Source: Chiloscyllium plagiosum (lineage: Eukaryota). Taken from it: a stretch of DNA of 44,017 nucleotides. The stretch lies in assembly GCF_004010195.1 (NCBI RefSeq), contig NC_057719.1, positions 61,804,256-61,848,272 on the forward strand, written 5' to 3'. The translations under genes and the position numbers were made by a program. Under the pieces are notes generated by a model that worked only from the letters and a program-made list of their open reading frames with translations, was not told where the DNA came from and searched no databases. Shown piece by piece: positions 12,455 to 24,399 of this stretch; the first letter of the stretch is position 1; each line of letters opens with the position of its first letter.

Positions 12455-12899
12455 GATATAGATTTCTGTCAGAGTTGACTTTGCCTGGGTAGTGACAGAT
12501 TCCTCAATAGATAGATAGAGCCAAAAAACTGATCTGACTTACATTCACCTGGCACTTCTTGAACAGAACACACCGTCTGATGGTAATAGCTCACCATGAG
12601 TTATTACCATCAGACAGTGAATTTTCCAATTGCGATCTTTGGTTTCGCCTGTTACCACAATATCAACAGTAATACATATGCATTGGTTTTCTGTCATTCT
12701 GCCCACGTGCTAATGCAACAGATCTTGATTGACAGGTGAACCAAAAGGTAGTCTCTGGAAGTAACATCTTACAAGTGATACTCCGAAGGTAGTGATTTCA
12801 TGAGAAGCATTGACTAAGTGTACAAACCAATAATCATGTTTGGCATTGAATGGAATCTTGCATCGTGATCACTTGAGAGAGAGGTTTGATACCTTGGAT

Positions 12900-13145
12900 C
12901 TTTCCCCTTTCACCTTAAACCTATGCCCTCTAGTTTTGTACTGTCCCACCCCGGGAAAAGATCTTGTTTATTCACCCTATCCAATCACCTCATGATTTCA
13001 TAAACCTCGATAAGGTCACCCTTCAGCCTCCAACGCTCCAGGGAAAATAGCCCCAGACTATTCAGCCTCTCCCAAATCTCAAATCCTCCAATCCTGACAA
13101 CATCCTTGTAAGTCTTTTCTGTACCCTCTCATGTTTAACAACGTC
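12900..13145 (-). mobile_element. CR1 fragment
   Basis: aaacctcgataaggtcacccttcagcctcc, reverse of RLKGDLIEV. Confidence 0.85.
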
Positions 13146-13852
13146 GACAGGGAGGATGCTTGAGTTCAAAGTATATGCAATCTAGAGATCGGAGCAGGCC
13201 TGCTATTACTTTATTTATTAGAGAGTAAACTTTTCCAACAAACCATTGAAGCATTTCCTATGAGAATATTGTCACCACATGCATGAGTAATAACCAACTG
13301 AGAAAGTGACATGAGTCATACTTTGAAAGATATGCCTTCATATTCATTTCTATTTTTCTTCTTTAATATCCAGAAGTGAAATCACAACAAACAAATGGCT
13401 TTCTTTCCATCACTAAATCACCCATGGTATTTTTTTAATCTGTTATCCACCACCCATGTTTTCCAATTGTTTGCAGACCATCAAAGTTGAGGGAGATGGA
13501 GGGAACTAAATCAAAATGAAGTTGGACATATATGTTTACTTACTCACTGTGGATTAAAGAAGCTATTGCCATGGCAAAAACCTATGCTTTTATTTCTCTT
13601 TCTCATTTTAATATGATCTAAATCCTAATCCTTCACTAACAGTTCACTTATTGTGTGAGTCATAAAATCATAGAGTCATACAGCACAGAGACATACCCTT
13701 TCATCCAACCAGTCTATGTTGACCATAATCCCAACAAAACTAATTTTGTCATTGGTTATTATAATTCTTTGAATCTTTTCCTGTTGGCAATTATTAATCT
13801 GGTTAAAGCATTATTTACCATCACTGTCAAGAACTGGTTTCTCTGCTATTTT

Positions 13853-14110
13853 GGGCAGCGCGATGGCTCAGTGGTTAGCACTGCTGCCTCACAGCACGAG
13901 GGTCTCAGGTTTGATTTCAACCTTGGGCGAGTGGAGTTTGCACATTCTCCCCATGTTTGCATGGATTTGCTCCGGTTTCCTCCTACAGTCGAAAGATGTG
14001 CAGGTTAGGTGAATTGGCCATGCTAAATTGCCCATAGTGTTAGGTGCATTAGTCAGAGGGAAAAGGAGTTTGGGTGGGTTACTCTCTGGAGGGTTGGTGT
14101 GGACTTGTTG
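13853..14110 (+). mobile_element. HE1-type tRNA-derived V-SINE
   Basis: A box TGGCTCAGTGG, degenerate B box and V-domain GTGGAGTTTGCACATTCTCCCC..GCTCCGGTTTCCTCC. Confidence 0.9.
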
Positions 14111-14859
14111 AAATCAATTATCAGACTAATTTAATGCTGATCAGCTCAAGTACAAAAACCATGATGATAACAGATCATATTTTATCTAACATAACTCCCG
14201 ACAAAATGTCTAAAAAGGTACTGACTACTATTAATTACATAAATCAATTTCATATAAACATATTTCATATGAAGTTTACTTCAATTCAGTCTGAAGTTGT
14301 TCCTAAAATTGAATATTTCATTTTTTAAATTTTATTCGTAATAAGTAACTTTTTTCAAGGAATATGAAAGGTAAAAGGCTACAAAATTAACGTTGTGCAC
14401 AGGATTATGCTCCTGCAAAATCTTTGACAGGAATATATTAATCCCTGGATAATTTAGATTAGCCAATGGAAACATTTGTTGCTCTTGTCATCTTTAACCT
14501 CTGGGTGGCAGCAGCAACACATCACAAAGTCTCAATATGAATTACCACAATTTCAAATCAATTCAGAATTTTACAGAAGTGTTGGATGAGTCATCCCCAA
14601 ATAATCAATGCTCAATTTTGACAAAAATAATTGAAAGAAAACAAGGTAAAATAGTTGGTCTCTTTAAAGGGGATTTGGCTTTGCAACATGAAGATGGGCA
14701 TTTGGCTCAATTGGTCGATGCTAATATCCACATTCTAATCACCTCTTCACATCCTGACACTCTACCCATCCCTCACGCATACATCATAATTCCTCTTAAA
14801 TCACACTTAAATGTGCTTCTTTAACAGCACTTTCTAAACATGTATATACCAGAGAGACA

Positions 14860-15562
14860 CAGAATCAAGAGAGATGCACAGCACAGAAACAGACCCTTTG
14901 GTCCAACTAGTCCATGCTGACCAGACATCCTAACCTAATTTAGTCCCATTTGCCAGTATTTGGCCCGTATCCCTCTAAACCCTTCCTACTCATATACCTA
15001 CCCATGTTCCTTTTAAATTTTGTAATTGTACTAGCCTCCACTACTTCCTCTGGCAACTCATTCCATACATGCACTGCTCTCTGTGTGAAAAAGTTGCCCC
15101 TTAGGTCCCTTTTAAATCTTTCCCTCTCACCCTAAACCTATGCCCTCAAGTCTGGACTCCCTACCCCAAGAAAAAGACTTGGTCTATTTATCCTATCCAT
15201 GCGCCTCATGATTTTCTAAACCTCTACAAGGTCACCCCTCAGCCTCCAACGCTCCAGAGAAAACAGCTCCAGCCTGTTCAACCTCTCCCTCAAATCCTCC
15301 AAACGTAGCAACATCCTTGTAAATCTTTTCTGAACATTTTCAAGTTTCACAACATTCTTCCTATAGAAGGGAGACCAGAATTGCACACAGTATTCCAAAA
15401 GTGGCCTAACCAATGTCCTGTACAGTTGCAACATGGCCCCCCAATTCCTATACTCAATGCTCTGATGAATAAAGGAAAGCATACAAAACCCCTTTTTCAC
15501 TATTCTATCTACCTGCAACTTCACTTTCAAGGAACTATGAGCCTATACTCCAAGGTCTCTTT
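14860..15562 (-). mobile_element. CR1 (HER1-like) 3' portion
   Basis: ORF 15216-15530 has LYRTLVRPLLEYCVQFWSP..RLRGDLVEV; tail near 14860. Confidence 0.9.
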
Positions 15563-15569
15563 GTTGGAA

Positions 15570-16070
15570 AAAGGTGTGAGGTCTCTCTTCCCAACTGGAA
15601 GGCTGTTAACAACCGTAAGGCTGTTAAATGCTTAAATGAAAGATGAGGTTTTGTAGTTTGAGTTTCCATTGAGCTACCTTGGAACATGCAGGAGGTCAAA
15701 GAGAGGTCAGCATGGGAGCAAGGTGGATAATTAAAATGACAGGTTAACAAAAGCATGGGGTGATACTTGCATACCGAATAGAAATTTTCTGCAAAACAGA
15801 CATCCAATCTGTATTTAGTCTCTCCCAAGTACAGCAAACTGCATTGAGCAGCCAATTTAGTGCACATAGTGTCATACAGGACGGAAACAGACCATTCAGT
15901 CCAACCACGCCAAACATAATTCCAAACTAAACTCATCCCACTTGCCTGCTCCTGGTCCATATCCTGAAGGAGTATTTGGAACATTGAACAGTGAGGAGGA
16001 TGATGGCAAAACGCCAGGTGTCGCACCTCTTATTCTTGTATTGAAAGATGATGTGTGAAGGGCTTAAGGT
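15570..16070 (-). mobile_element. Penelope-like GIY-YIG endonuclease fragment (CR1 tail inserted at ~15865-15965)
   Basis: QCSLLYLGETKYRLDVCFAENFYSV..TCHFNYPPCSHAD in ORF 15535-16026. Confidence 0.75.
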
Positions 16071-16473
16071 GAGTGAGGAATGGCATTACTAACATAAAAA
16101 TACAATTAAAAAAAAAAGCAGGTATCAGCCATCTGGTGCCTTGAGTCTGCTCCGCCATCCAATAAGATTGTGGCTGACCCTTTTGTGGACTCAGCTTCAC
16201 TTACCCACCCACTCACCATAACTCTTAATTCCTTTATGGTTCAAAACTCTATCTTTGCCTTAAAAACATTCAATGAGGTAGCCTCAACTGCTTCACTGGG
16301 CAGGTAATTCCACAGATTCACAACCTTCTGGGAGAAGACATTATTCCCCAACTCAGTCCTGAATCTGTTTCTCCTAATTTTGAGGCTATGCCTTCTAGTT
16401 CTAGTTTCACCCATCAATGGAAACAACCTTCCTGCTTCTATCTTATCTATTACCTTCATAATTTTATATGTTT

Positions 16474-16938
16474 TGAGAAGATTTGTAGTTCAGGTTGAGG
16501 TCTTTTTGGATGTAGGTTTGCTCGCTAAGTTGGAAGGTTCATTTCCAGACGTTTCATTACCCTACTAGGTAACATCTTCAGTGGGCCTCAGGCGAAGCAA
16601 TGCTGAAAATTCCTGCTTTCTATTTGTGTTTGGGTTTCTTTGGGTTGATGATGTCATTCTCTGTGGTGATGTCATTTCCTGTGGTGAAGTCACTTCCAGT
16701 TCCTTTTCTCAGGGGATGGTAGATGGGATCTACCTCGATGTGTTTGTTGATAGAATGCTATGCCTCTAGGAATTCTCGTGCGTGTCTTTGTTTGGTTTGT
16801 CCAAGGATGGATATGTTGTCCCAGTCGAAGTGGTGTCCTTCCTCATCCGCCTGAGGCCCACTGAAGAGGTTACCTAGTACGGTAACGAAACATCTGGAAA
16901 TGAACCTTCCAGCTCATCAAGCAAATCTACATCCAAAC
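16474..16938 (-). mobile_element. 5'-truncated Penelope-like element with inverted pseudo-LTR (element D)
   Basis: ~90-bp inverted arms (16505-16594 / 16848-16937). Internal minus-strand DEEGHHFDWDNISILGQTKQRHAREFLEA*HSINKHIEVDPIYHPLRKR. 12-bp TSD TTTTATA(T/C)GTTT at 16462-73 and 16939-50. Confidence 0.9.
16545..16584 (-). ncRNA. Minimal hammerhead ribozyme motif (mirror copy on plus strand at 16858-16897)
   Basis: CCA-CTGAAGA-T-GTTACC-TAGTAG-GGTAAT-GAAA-CGTC-TGG with stem I CCA/TGG. Confidence 0.7.
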
Positions 16939-19900
16939 TTTTATACGTTTCTGTAAGATTCATTGCCCATTCTTCTAAATTCCAATGAGTAGAGTCCCAG
17001 TCTACTCAATCTCTCCTCATAAGCCAAACCTCTCAATCTGGAATCAACCTAATGAAGGTCCTCTGCACCCCCTCTAGTGCCAGTACATCCTTCTCAAGTA
17101 AGGAGACCAAAACTGTACAAGGTACACCAGGTGTGACCTCACCAGCACCCTATACAGCTAAAGCGTAACCTCCCTGTTTGTAAATTCCAGCAATTAAGGA
17201 TAATATTCCATTTGCCTTCTTAATTATCTGTGAACCATGAATAACCATGTTATTCATGCACAAGGACATCCAGGTCCCTCTGCACAGCAGCTTGCTAAAA
17301 ATTTTAATAATGATCAGTTTTACTGTTATTCCACCAAAATGGATGACATTTACCAACATTGTACTCCATTTGCCAGACCCTTGCCTATCTATGTCCCTCT
17401 GCACACTTTGCTCTACCACTTGTCTTAAGTGCCATCTGCAAACTTTCACACACGACACTTCGTCTCTAACTCCAAATCATTTACGCAAATTATAAACAAT
17501 TGCGTCCCAACACACCTGAGGCATACCACTAGCCAACTAGAAAACCACTCATGTATCCCTATTTGCTTTCTGGTGGTTAACGAATTCTCTATCCAGACTA
17601 AAACATTAACCATAACACTAAGCACTTTATCTTATGTAGCAACCTTTTCTGTGGCAGCATGTTGAATAACTTCTGGAAATCCAAATGCACCACATCAACC
17701 AGTTCCCCATTGCCCACAGTGCTCATAATGTCCTCAAAGAATCCTAATAAATTAGTTAAATATGACCTGCATTCATGAACTCATACTGCATCTGCCCAAC
17801 AGGACAACGTCTATCCAAATATCTTGCTATTTCTTCCTTAATGTTAGTTTAACTTCTGTAGATTATTTGAATCTAACAGGCTTGTCTTTTGTCTACCACC
17901 TTTTCAAACAGTGATGTCACATTTGCTGTTTTTCAATCTGTTGGAACTGTCCCAGAGTCCAACAACTTTTGGTAATTTACCACCAGCGCATTTGCTATTT
18001 CCCTACCATCTCTCTTAGTATCCTGGGATGCATTCCATCAGGACAAGGAGACTGCCCTATCTTTCACCCCATTAGCTTACCCAATACTACCTCTTTGTTG
18101 ATAATGATCATTTCTCGGTCCTCACCTGCCACAGCCTCGTCATCAATTGTTGGCATGTTATTTGCATCTTCCATTGTAAAGACCGACAGAAATACCTGTC
18201 CAATGCTTTGGCCATTTCCTCATTCCCCATTATTAAATCCCCTTTCTTATCCTCTAAAACACCAATGTTTACCACAGCCACACTTTTTCAATTTATAGAT
18301 TTGTAGAAACTTTTGCTATGTTTTATATTATGAACTATCTTACTCTCATAATCTATCCTACATTTATAACATTTTTCATTGCTTTCTGTTGACCTTTAAA
18401 GATTTCCCAACCCTCTAGCTTTCCACTAACTTTTGCCACTTTGTATGCATTAGCTTTCAATTTTATAAAGGAATCTATTTTCACAGTGATCCATGGCTAA
18501 TCATCCCTTTTTCTACAGTCCTTTCATTTCACTGGTATACACTATTGTTCAGCACTGTGAAATATCACTTTGAAATTCCTTCCTTGCTCTTCAATTGTCC
18601 CACCATATTGTCTTTACTCCCAATCTACCATCGCCAACTCCTCCCTCATCCCATTGCAGTCTCCTTTGTTTAAGCACAAGACTCTGGTATTGGATTTTAC
18701 CTGCTCATCCTCCAACTGTATTTTAAAGTCAACCATACTGTGACCACTCCTTCTGAGAGGATCCCCAACTTTGAGATCATTAATTAATTCTCTCATTACA
18801 CCACACCAGATCTAGGATAGTTTGTTCCCTTACAGATTCCATTTCATACTGTTTGAGGAAATTATCGCAGATATAGTCAATGAACTCCTCCTTGATGTCA
18901 TCCTCAATTATCAGAGCTGCACTATCTCACTTTCCTTCCTATCTATCCTTCTGAGTAGTCTGATATCCCTGGATATTTGTGACCACCCTGCAACTGTGCC
19001 TCTGCAATGGCCACTAAATCATATCTATACCCAAACTCATTTATCTTATGTCAAATTCTATGAGCATTCAGGTAAAGTGCCCTTATGCTAGTTTTTATTC
19101 CTTTTTGAATCTTAATATCTCCACCAGAACAACTTTTTCTGCCACTCACTGGTTTCCACTCATCTTAGTACCACACTATTCAGCTTTTTCTTTTATTTAG
19201 TACCTTGATTCCCTTTTTCCTTACACCCTCACCCACTCTAGCTAACTCAGATCCTCCCCTGAGGTTCCCACCCCCTGCCAAACCAATTTAAAGTCTGTTC
19301 AACAGTGCTAGCAAAACCAACCACAAGAATATTGGTCCTGTCACAGTTTGGGTGAAGATCATCCCTCTTGAACAGATCCCATCTTCCCCAGAAACAGTTT
19401 CAGTTATTCAGAAATCTAAAGCCCTCCCTTCTATACCACTCTCCCAGCCATGTATTAAACTACCTTATTTGGCAAATCCATAATCTCATCAGCACATGGC
19501 ACAGGTAGTAATCTGGAGATTACTACCTTTGAGGTCCGAGCTTTCAATCTGGCTCCTAACTCCCTAAATTCAGCCTTCAGGATCTCATCCCTCTTCTTAC
19601 TCTCATCAATACTGTGTGCCACAACCACTGGCTAGTTCCTTTATCCTTCCCAAAATGTCCTGTAGTTGCTCAGTAACCTGGAGTATGCTTGCACCAGAGA
19701 GGTGCCACACATCCCTGGTGTCACGAGAGCAGCTGCAGAAGCACCTCTCTGTTCCCCTACTGAATCTCCTACCACTACAGTCCTAACCACCATTTCCTCC
19801 CCACTCTGTGCAGCTGAGTGTCACACAGTGCTGCAGGTTTTGCAAATCCCTAAGGCATTATCACAATTGCCAGAACTCAGCAGAGTATCGATTGGCAATT

Positions 19901-20409
19901 GCCTTTGGGAAATCCTGCACTATCTGCTTCAATTTATGCCTCATGAGATTGTCACCCATTCCCTCTCCTCTGCACCCTTTTACACTCCAGGTGTTATCCA
20001 TGTAACTCTCGTTCTTCTGGATGCTCCTCAGTGCTGCCACTTTACAAGTCAGTAACAGTATTATCCTCACCTTTTTAAAAACTTTTTGCAGGAAATTCAT
20101 TGTTATAACCTAGCATCATGCTAAATATTTCAGCTCTTTTTTTTACTGTTTCCAAGTTTCTACATATGACTGCCAATAACTAAACTGTTCAGGAATATGA
20201 AACTGCACTTAGTTCAGAAAATAATTGCTTCAACTGAATAAATATTGTCCAAGTAAAAGATTCTTCTATCCATGGGAACACTTGCAAATTAATTTGCTAC
20301 CAAAATTTCAGTTTTTCCACAAATGGTACTACCAATTTATTGTACAGGCAGTGAGCTGATTAATTAATCTCTAACATACCACTGCTGTCCATTTAACCAG
20401 TATTAACAT

Positions 20410-21360
20410 ACAAGATGTCTTACATAGCATAAGATGCCAAGGAAGTTCACTGGAGAGTTATCAAAACAAAATCCACTAAATAAGAATACAGTTTTAGGAT
20501 ATGACCAAAAGCATGGTCAAAGAGATAAATTTGAAGGAACAACTTAAACTAGAAAGTGAGGGACAGAGATTTGGGAAGGGCATTTCAGAACTCTGTTTAC
20601 CAATCAATAATGGAACTATTCAAATTGGTGTGCTGCTGGAGAAGTGCAGATATCTCATAGGATTCTGTCACATTATTTTGACATTCTGAAAGGATACTAT
20701 GGCCCACTCTTCAATCATCTCAAAAGCCCCTCCTGTTTCCATAGTACTTTCCCACCACAAGCACTGTGGGATTCTCAGCTGCACAGAGTGGGGAGGAAAC
20801 GGTGGTTAGGACTATAGTGGTCGGAGACTCAATATTTAGGGGAACAGAGGGGTGCTTCTGCAGCCGCCTTCAGTCTAACAAAGAAGTCGCCTTTCCTCTT
20901 TCCTTCAGGCCCACCACACTGACTCAACACACCTTTATCTAAAATCTGTTGGATCTCTTTCCTCAATTCAGATGAAAGGCCAGAAACCTGAAATATTTGG
21001 CTATGTCTGACATTTTCTATTTTATCTTAGACTTGCAGCACTTCATTTACTTTTCTGGAGTATCGTGATACTGCAGGAGTTGAGAGATATAGATGGTTGA
21101 GACATTGGAGGGATTTGAAAACATGCACAAGAACTTTAAAATCAAGGCATTGCTTAACTTGCAGGTGGGGTTGGGGTGGGAGGAGAGAGAGAGACCACGA
21201 GAGGGAGAGAGATATAGGAGCAACAACTAATGATTTTCTGCCTCTGTCCTTCATTGGATCAAGTTTTTGGTGACCACAGGTTTGTAAATGGTAGAATGAG
21301 GGGGGCCAGAAGTGCCTTAGAATTGTCAATTCTAGAAGAAACAATGGCACGGATTTCAGA
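20410..21360 (-). mobile_element. Old L2-like LINE fragments (20410-20660 and 21050-21360)
   Basis: ORF 21027-21350 contains VKQCLDFKVLVHVFKSLQCLNHLYLS, similar to the L2 C-terminal RIxFKILxLxFKxLHGLAPxYL motif. Confidence 0.55.
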
Positions 21361-21813
21361 ATTAACTTACCTTATAGGGACCAAACTTGCCAATCCTACT
21401 CAGGATATAAAGGTACAGTTCGTTATGTTAATTTGATATTGTATCTTTAAAGTCCTAAATTGAACATTTAAAACAATCTAAGTTTTAGTTTTTTTTAAGG
21501 TAGTGAATAGTAGATGTCTCTGCTATGAAGTACTGTAGGTTGTTCCAATAATGGTCAGTAGCTCGTGTAGGCACTCAATACAGGATTCAAACTCTTCTAA
21601 ACTAGCAAGTTATAACAACCACAAATAGTTCCACTATTACTTGGATAAATCTATCAATCGAGGAAAAAAAAAACCCTCGATCTTTGGTTAAGAAGGTTAA
21701 ATGTCACCTGCAGTATACATGCTCTTTGGTGCAATTTAGATGTTTTATGAAGAATGGTGCAATATGCAAAAAAATGCCATTTTCAGCAGTGCCACAGTTC
21801 ATAGAAAAAAGAT

Positions 21814-23546
21814 TTTATTAAGGAAAGTGGAGTACAAACTCTTAAGATTTGCTTCTCAAATGATTTATTTACTATAATACATTGTAGCTGTATCTTAAGA
21901 GTTTTCACGTCAGTCCCACTGAGGCAATGAACAACACTGAGCAAATTGAGTTGTTTTCATAGTCAACTAGCACCCAAACCTACACAAAACATATACTAGC
22001 AGCAGAATGTGTTTCAAATGATTAACAATTCTCTGAAAAGAATAGTATTCTGATAATATCTGCAAATAGTTGCAAACATTAATTGACTGTTCCAGAACTA
22101 AAGTAGAATTGATGCTATTCATACAGCCAGTTTCCCCATCAAATACTGATTACATTCCATCCAGCTCACCAATTTATTTTACATTAACTTTCAGGAAAAC
22201 TTACAGCACTTACTCAAATTAACAAATCTTCTACTTAAAGCAGAATCATTTTACAGCAAAATGGGTACCGATTTGAAAAAAGTGTTTTCTTTTTAAAACA
22301 GGTTGTTACATACATATAATTTGAACAATGTAAGCTAAAATAATATTCTAAATAAATTTTAGTACAAAATACCACAGGAAGTAACAGGAATACAAGCTTT
22401 ACAAAATTATACATGAACTGTGTGTAATTCCCAATACCCAAAATATTTATTGCTATGTTAGCAATATTTAAGTCATAACAGGTTACTTGTAAGGGTCACA
22501 TTAAAATGAGTTAACAGAAACAAGCAGCACTTGTAGCTATTTAATACACCATCTTTTTTGCAAACACAACATGTGAAAGCCATATAATTGAAGATTATGG
22601 AAAGATTTACAATCTCATATGAAAAATGACTTTTCTATACACCCAATATTTTCCCCTTTCATTCCAAAGAGGAAAATTATTTCTAAAAATGCATTAGGAT
22701 AAGGTACAAGACCAACCATGAATTAAACACATGCATTATTTTTCAACAATTAAGGATACTATAAAAGTCTACATTTTATCCTTTAAATGAAACAAATGCA
22801 ATAAGACATACAGGATAAAATGATGGTAATTTTAAGCTCAGTTTTTTTCTCTTGAACTGATCCTTATTGTGCTGTTGATCATTAAAATAAATGGATTCTT
22901 CCAATAACAAAAAGAATCACCACAGTTCTATTACCAGTAAACAGAAGGTGCAGTAGACATCAAGTCTTTTACAGTACACCTGGTATTTCTTTCTTAAAAC
23001 TACATTTTCAGAAGCAGTGCAAATGTTGGGAGGCTGCTAATGACAGCACGTCCATCTACCCACCCACACAAATATGTAAGGACACAAACACAATGACTCC
23101 CCAAACAGCACAAATAAAAGGTCAAATCCAGTTGGAATATTTTTATATTATATTGTTGGCTGAGAAATATATTTGACTTCATTTTGTACAATTTAGTGTA
23201 TACATAAACTCTGTTATTCACAACTGTCAAAAGGTTTGTGAAGAAAACAACCACACAAAAAAAATCCACAGAAACTGTCAAGAATGCTTTTCTTTCATGC
23301 AGCAAGTGGAATGTATTTATTGCAGCCAGTTTGTTTTATACACAGTCATTTTAGAAATTCCATTAATATCCACACTTACAACTGTCTCCTTTGGTAAGTG
23401 AAGAAAGGAATGCTAGATTGATCTTAAAGCAATGTTGCTACTATAGTTTGCAAATGCATAATCACTTTAGGTCTTCCAAACTTTAGCAATTGGACTGTCA
23501 AACACCCAGTTTAGTGCTTCTATAATGATATCTCTTGTTATTTTGC
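21814..23546 (-). other. ARHGAP5: ARHGAP5 3'UTR (distal end uncertain)
   Basis: AT-rich stretch after the stop codon with no recognisable repeats. Minus-strand AATAAA at 23316-21, 22446-51, 22173-78, 21864-69 and 21814-19. Confidence 0.7.
21864..21869 (-). terminator. Candidate distal poly(A) signal AATAAA
   Basis: tttatt on the plus strand near the end of the TE-free block. A second hexamer lies at 21814-19 followed by a U-rich tract. Confidence 0.45.
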
Positions 23547-23853
23547 TCATATGATATCAAGCTGATCTGTCTGCATCTGTGTTTGAAACTGTTGAGATGC
23601 TGGCGGTGGTGGCAACGACGGCAGTGGTAACAATGGTTCTACCAACTGACCTGTGCAAGGCTCCTCAGGAGGGGTGACTGTTTCTACAATTTCTCCATCA
23701 TAAAAGAGGAACTGGTATTGCTGAATAAACGTCTCAATTGCAGACTGATTCACTGCAGCATTGGTCAGGCCATCTGGTCTCAGGAAGGTAGGCCAAAAAC
23801 AAATGGCAAGATTATCTGCTATCATACGATTTGTTTTACTCTGCTGACTAACC
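23547..23853 (-). CDS. ARHGAP5: ARHGAP5 terminal coding exon (end of GAP domain plus Pro/Gln-rich tail)
   Basis: CAG acceptor at 23854-56. Reads VSQQSKTNRMIADNLAICFWPTFLRPD...ETFIQQYQFLFYDGEIVET...GQLVEPLLPLPSLPPP...QTDQLDII-TGA. The GEIVET, GQLVEP and QTDxLxII motifs fit ARHGAP5 rather than ARHGAP35. Confidence 0.95.
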
Positions 23854-23915
23854 CTGCAGAAAGCACAACAAAAATATCAGGTCTAGTTTTAAAACAACTG
23901 TATCAGCAAAACAAA

Positions 23916-23947
23916 TGTTAATCATGAAAGTTGTTAATCATGAAAGT
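23916..23947. repeat. Perfect 16-bp tandem duplication
   Basis: TGTTAATCATGAAAGT twice. Confidence 0.95.
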
Positions 23948-24399
23948 TCAGACTCAGACCTCCTGTTCTCGTTGAGATGACTAAATAGTTTTTAAGTGAC
24001 CACTATACTGAAATAAAATACAGCAAACATTAAAGGTTTACAACCTTCCAGTACAGAATTAAATATTGTTGATAATTAATTATAGATTTCATATTTATTA
24101 ACACAGAAAGCATAGTTTCAAATTTTTTAACACATATGTTCAAGACAGTCAGTTAATAGTGTTTATCGTAACATTTTGGGAGAAACAACCTGGTCAGAGG
24201 TATACTCAATCAAGGATAAAATAATGCTCACAGCTTATTTGGTACATATTTGGATACATATACTGTACTTGACATATAAATGTCAATTATTTGTTCCTTC
24301 AATTTTTTTCTAGTAATTTTAGACAAGCATTTGATTAAGTGCCATATAATAGCAGCATATATAACCATATAATAAGTGCGAGCAAAACTGAAACCCACG

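Larger units (their letters stand above)
9140..12890 (-). mobile_element. Decayed Ty3/Gypsy pol (RT-RNaseH-integrase), split by two insertions
   Basis: RT at 12620-12880: AKHDYWFVHL..ITTF..YFQRLPFG..QDL..ITVDIVVTG. RNase H at 10860-11340: GLGAC..DGKLFVFGYKSL and IKVQGYNFD. Integrase at 9140-9600: SPQFPQTNSLTEQMVHTV, YLRATFLD..VFGKQVRT and KSYKVTTSNGTTLRRNRSHL. Confidence 0.8.
16095..20030 (-). mobile_element. Long decayed CR1 LINE (ORF2 RT and EN plus probable ORF1 esterase region), interrupted by PLE D
   Basis: FSQKVVNLWNYLP (16241-16459), RT remnants at 17000-18200, ELINDLKVGDPL..SGHSMVDFKIQLE (18614-18796) and ORF1-like RTSKVVISRLLPVP at ~19495-19540. Confidence 0.8.

Noticed and set aside
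13853..13925. tRNA genes at SINE heads (also ~40610-40678 and 42629-42700)
   Set aside because: The A/B boxes run directly into a V-SINE body and LINE tail; no complete cloverleaf is evident.
21657..21681. ATCGAGG-A-run-CCTCGAT mini-hairpin
   Set aside because: A 7-bp stem is within chance expectation, and there is no supporting context.
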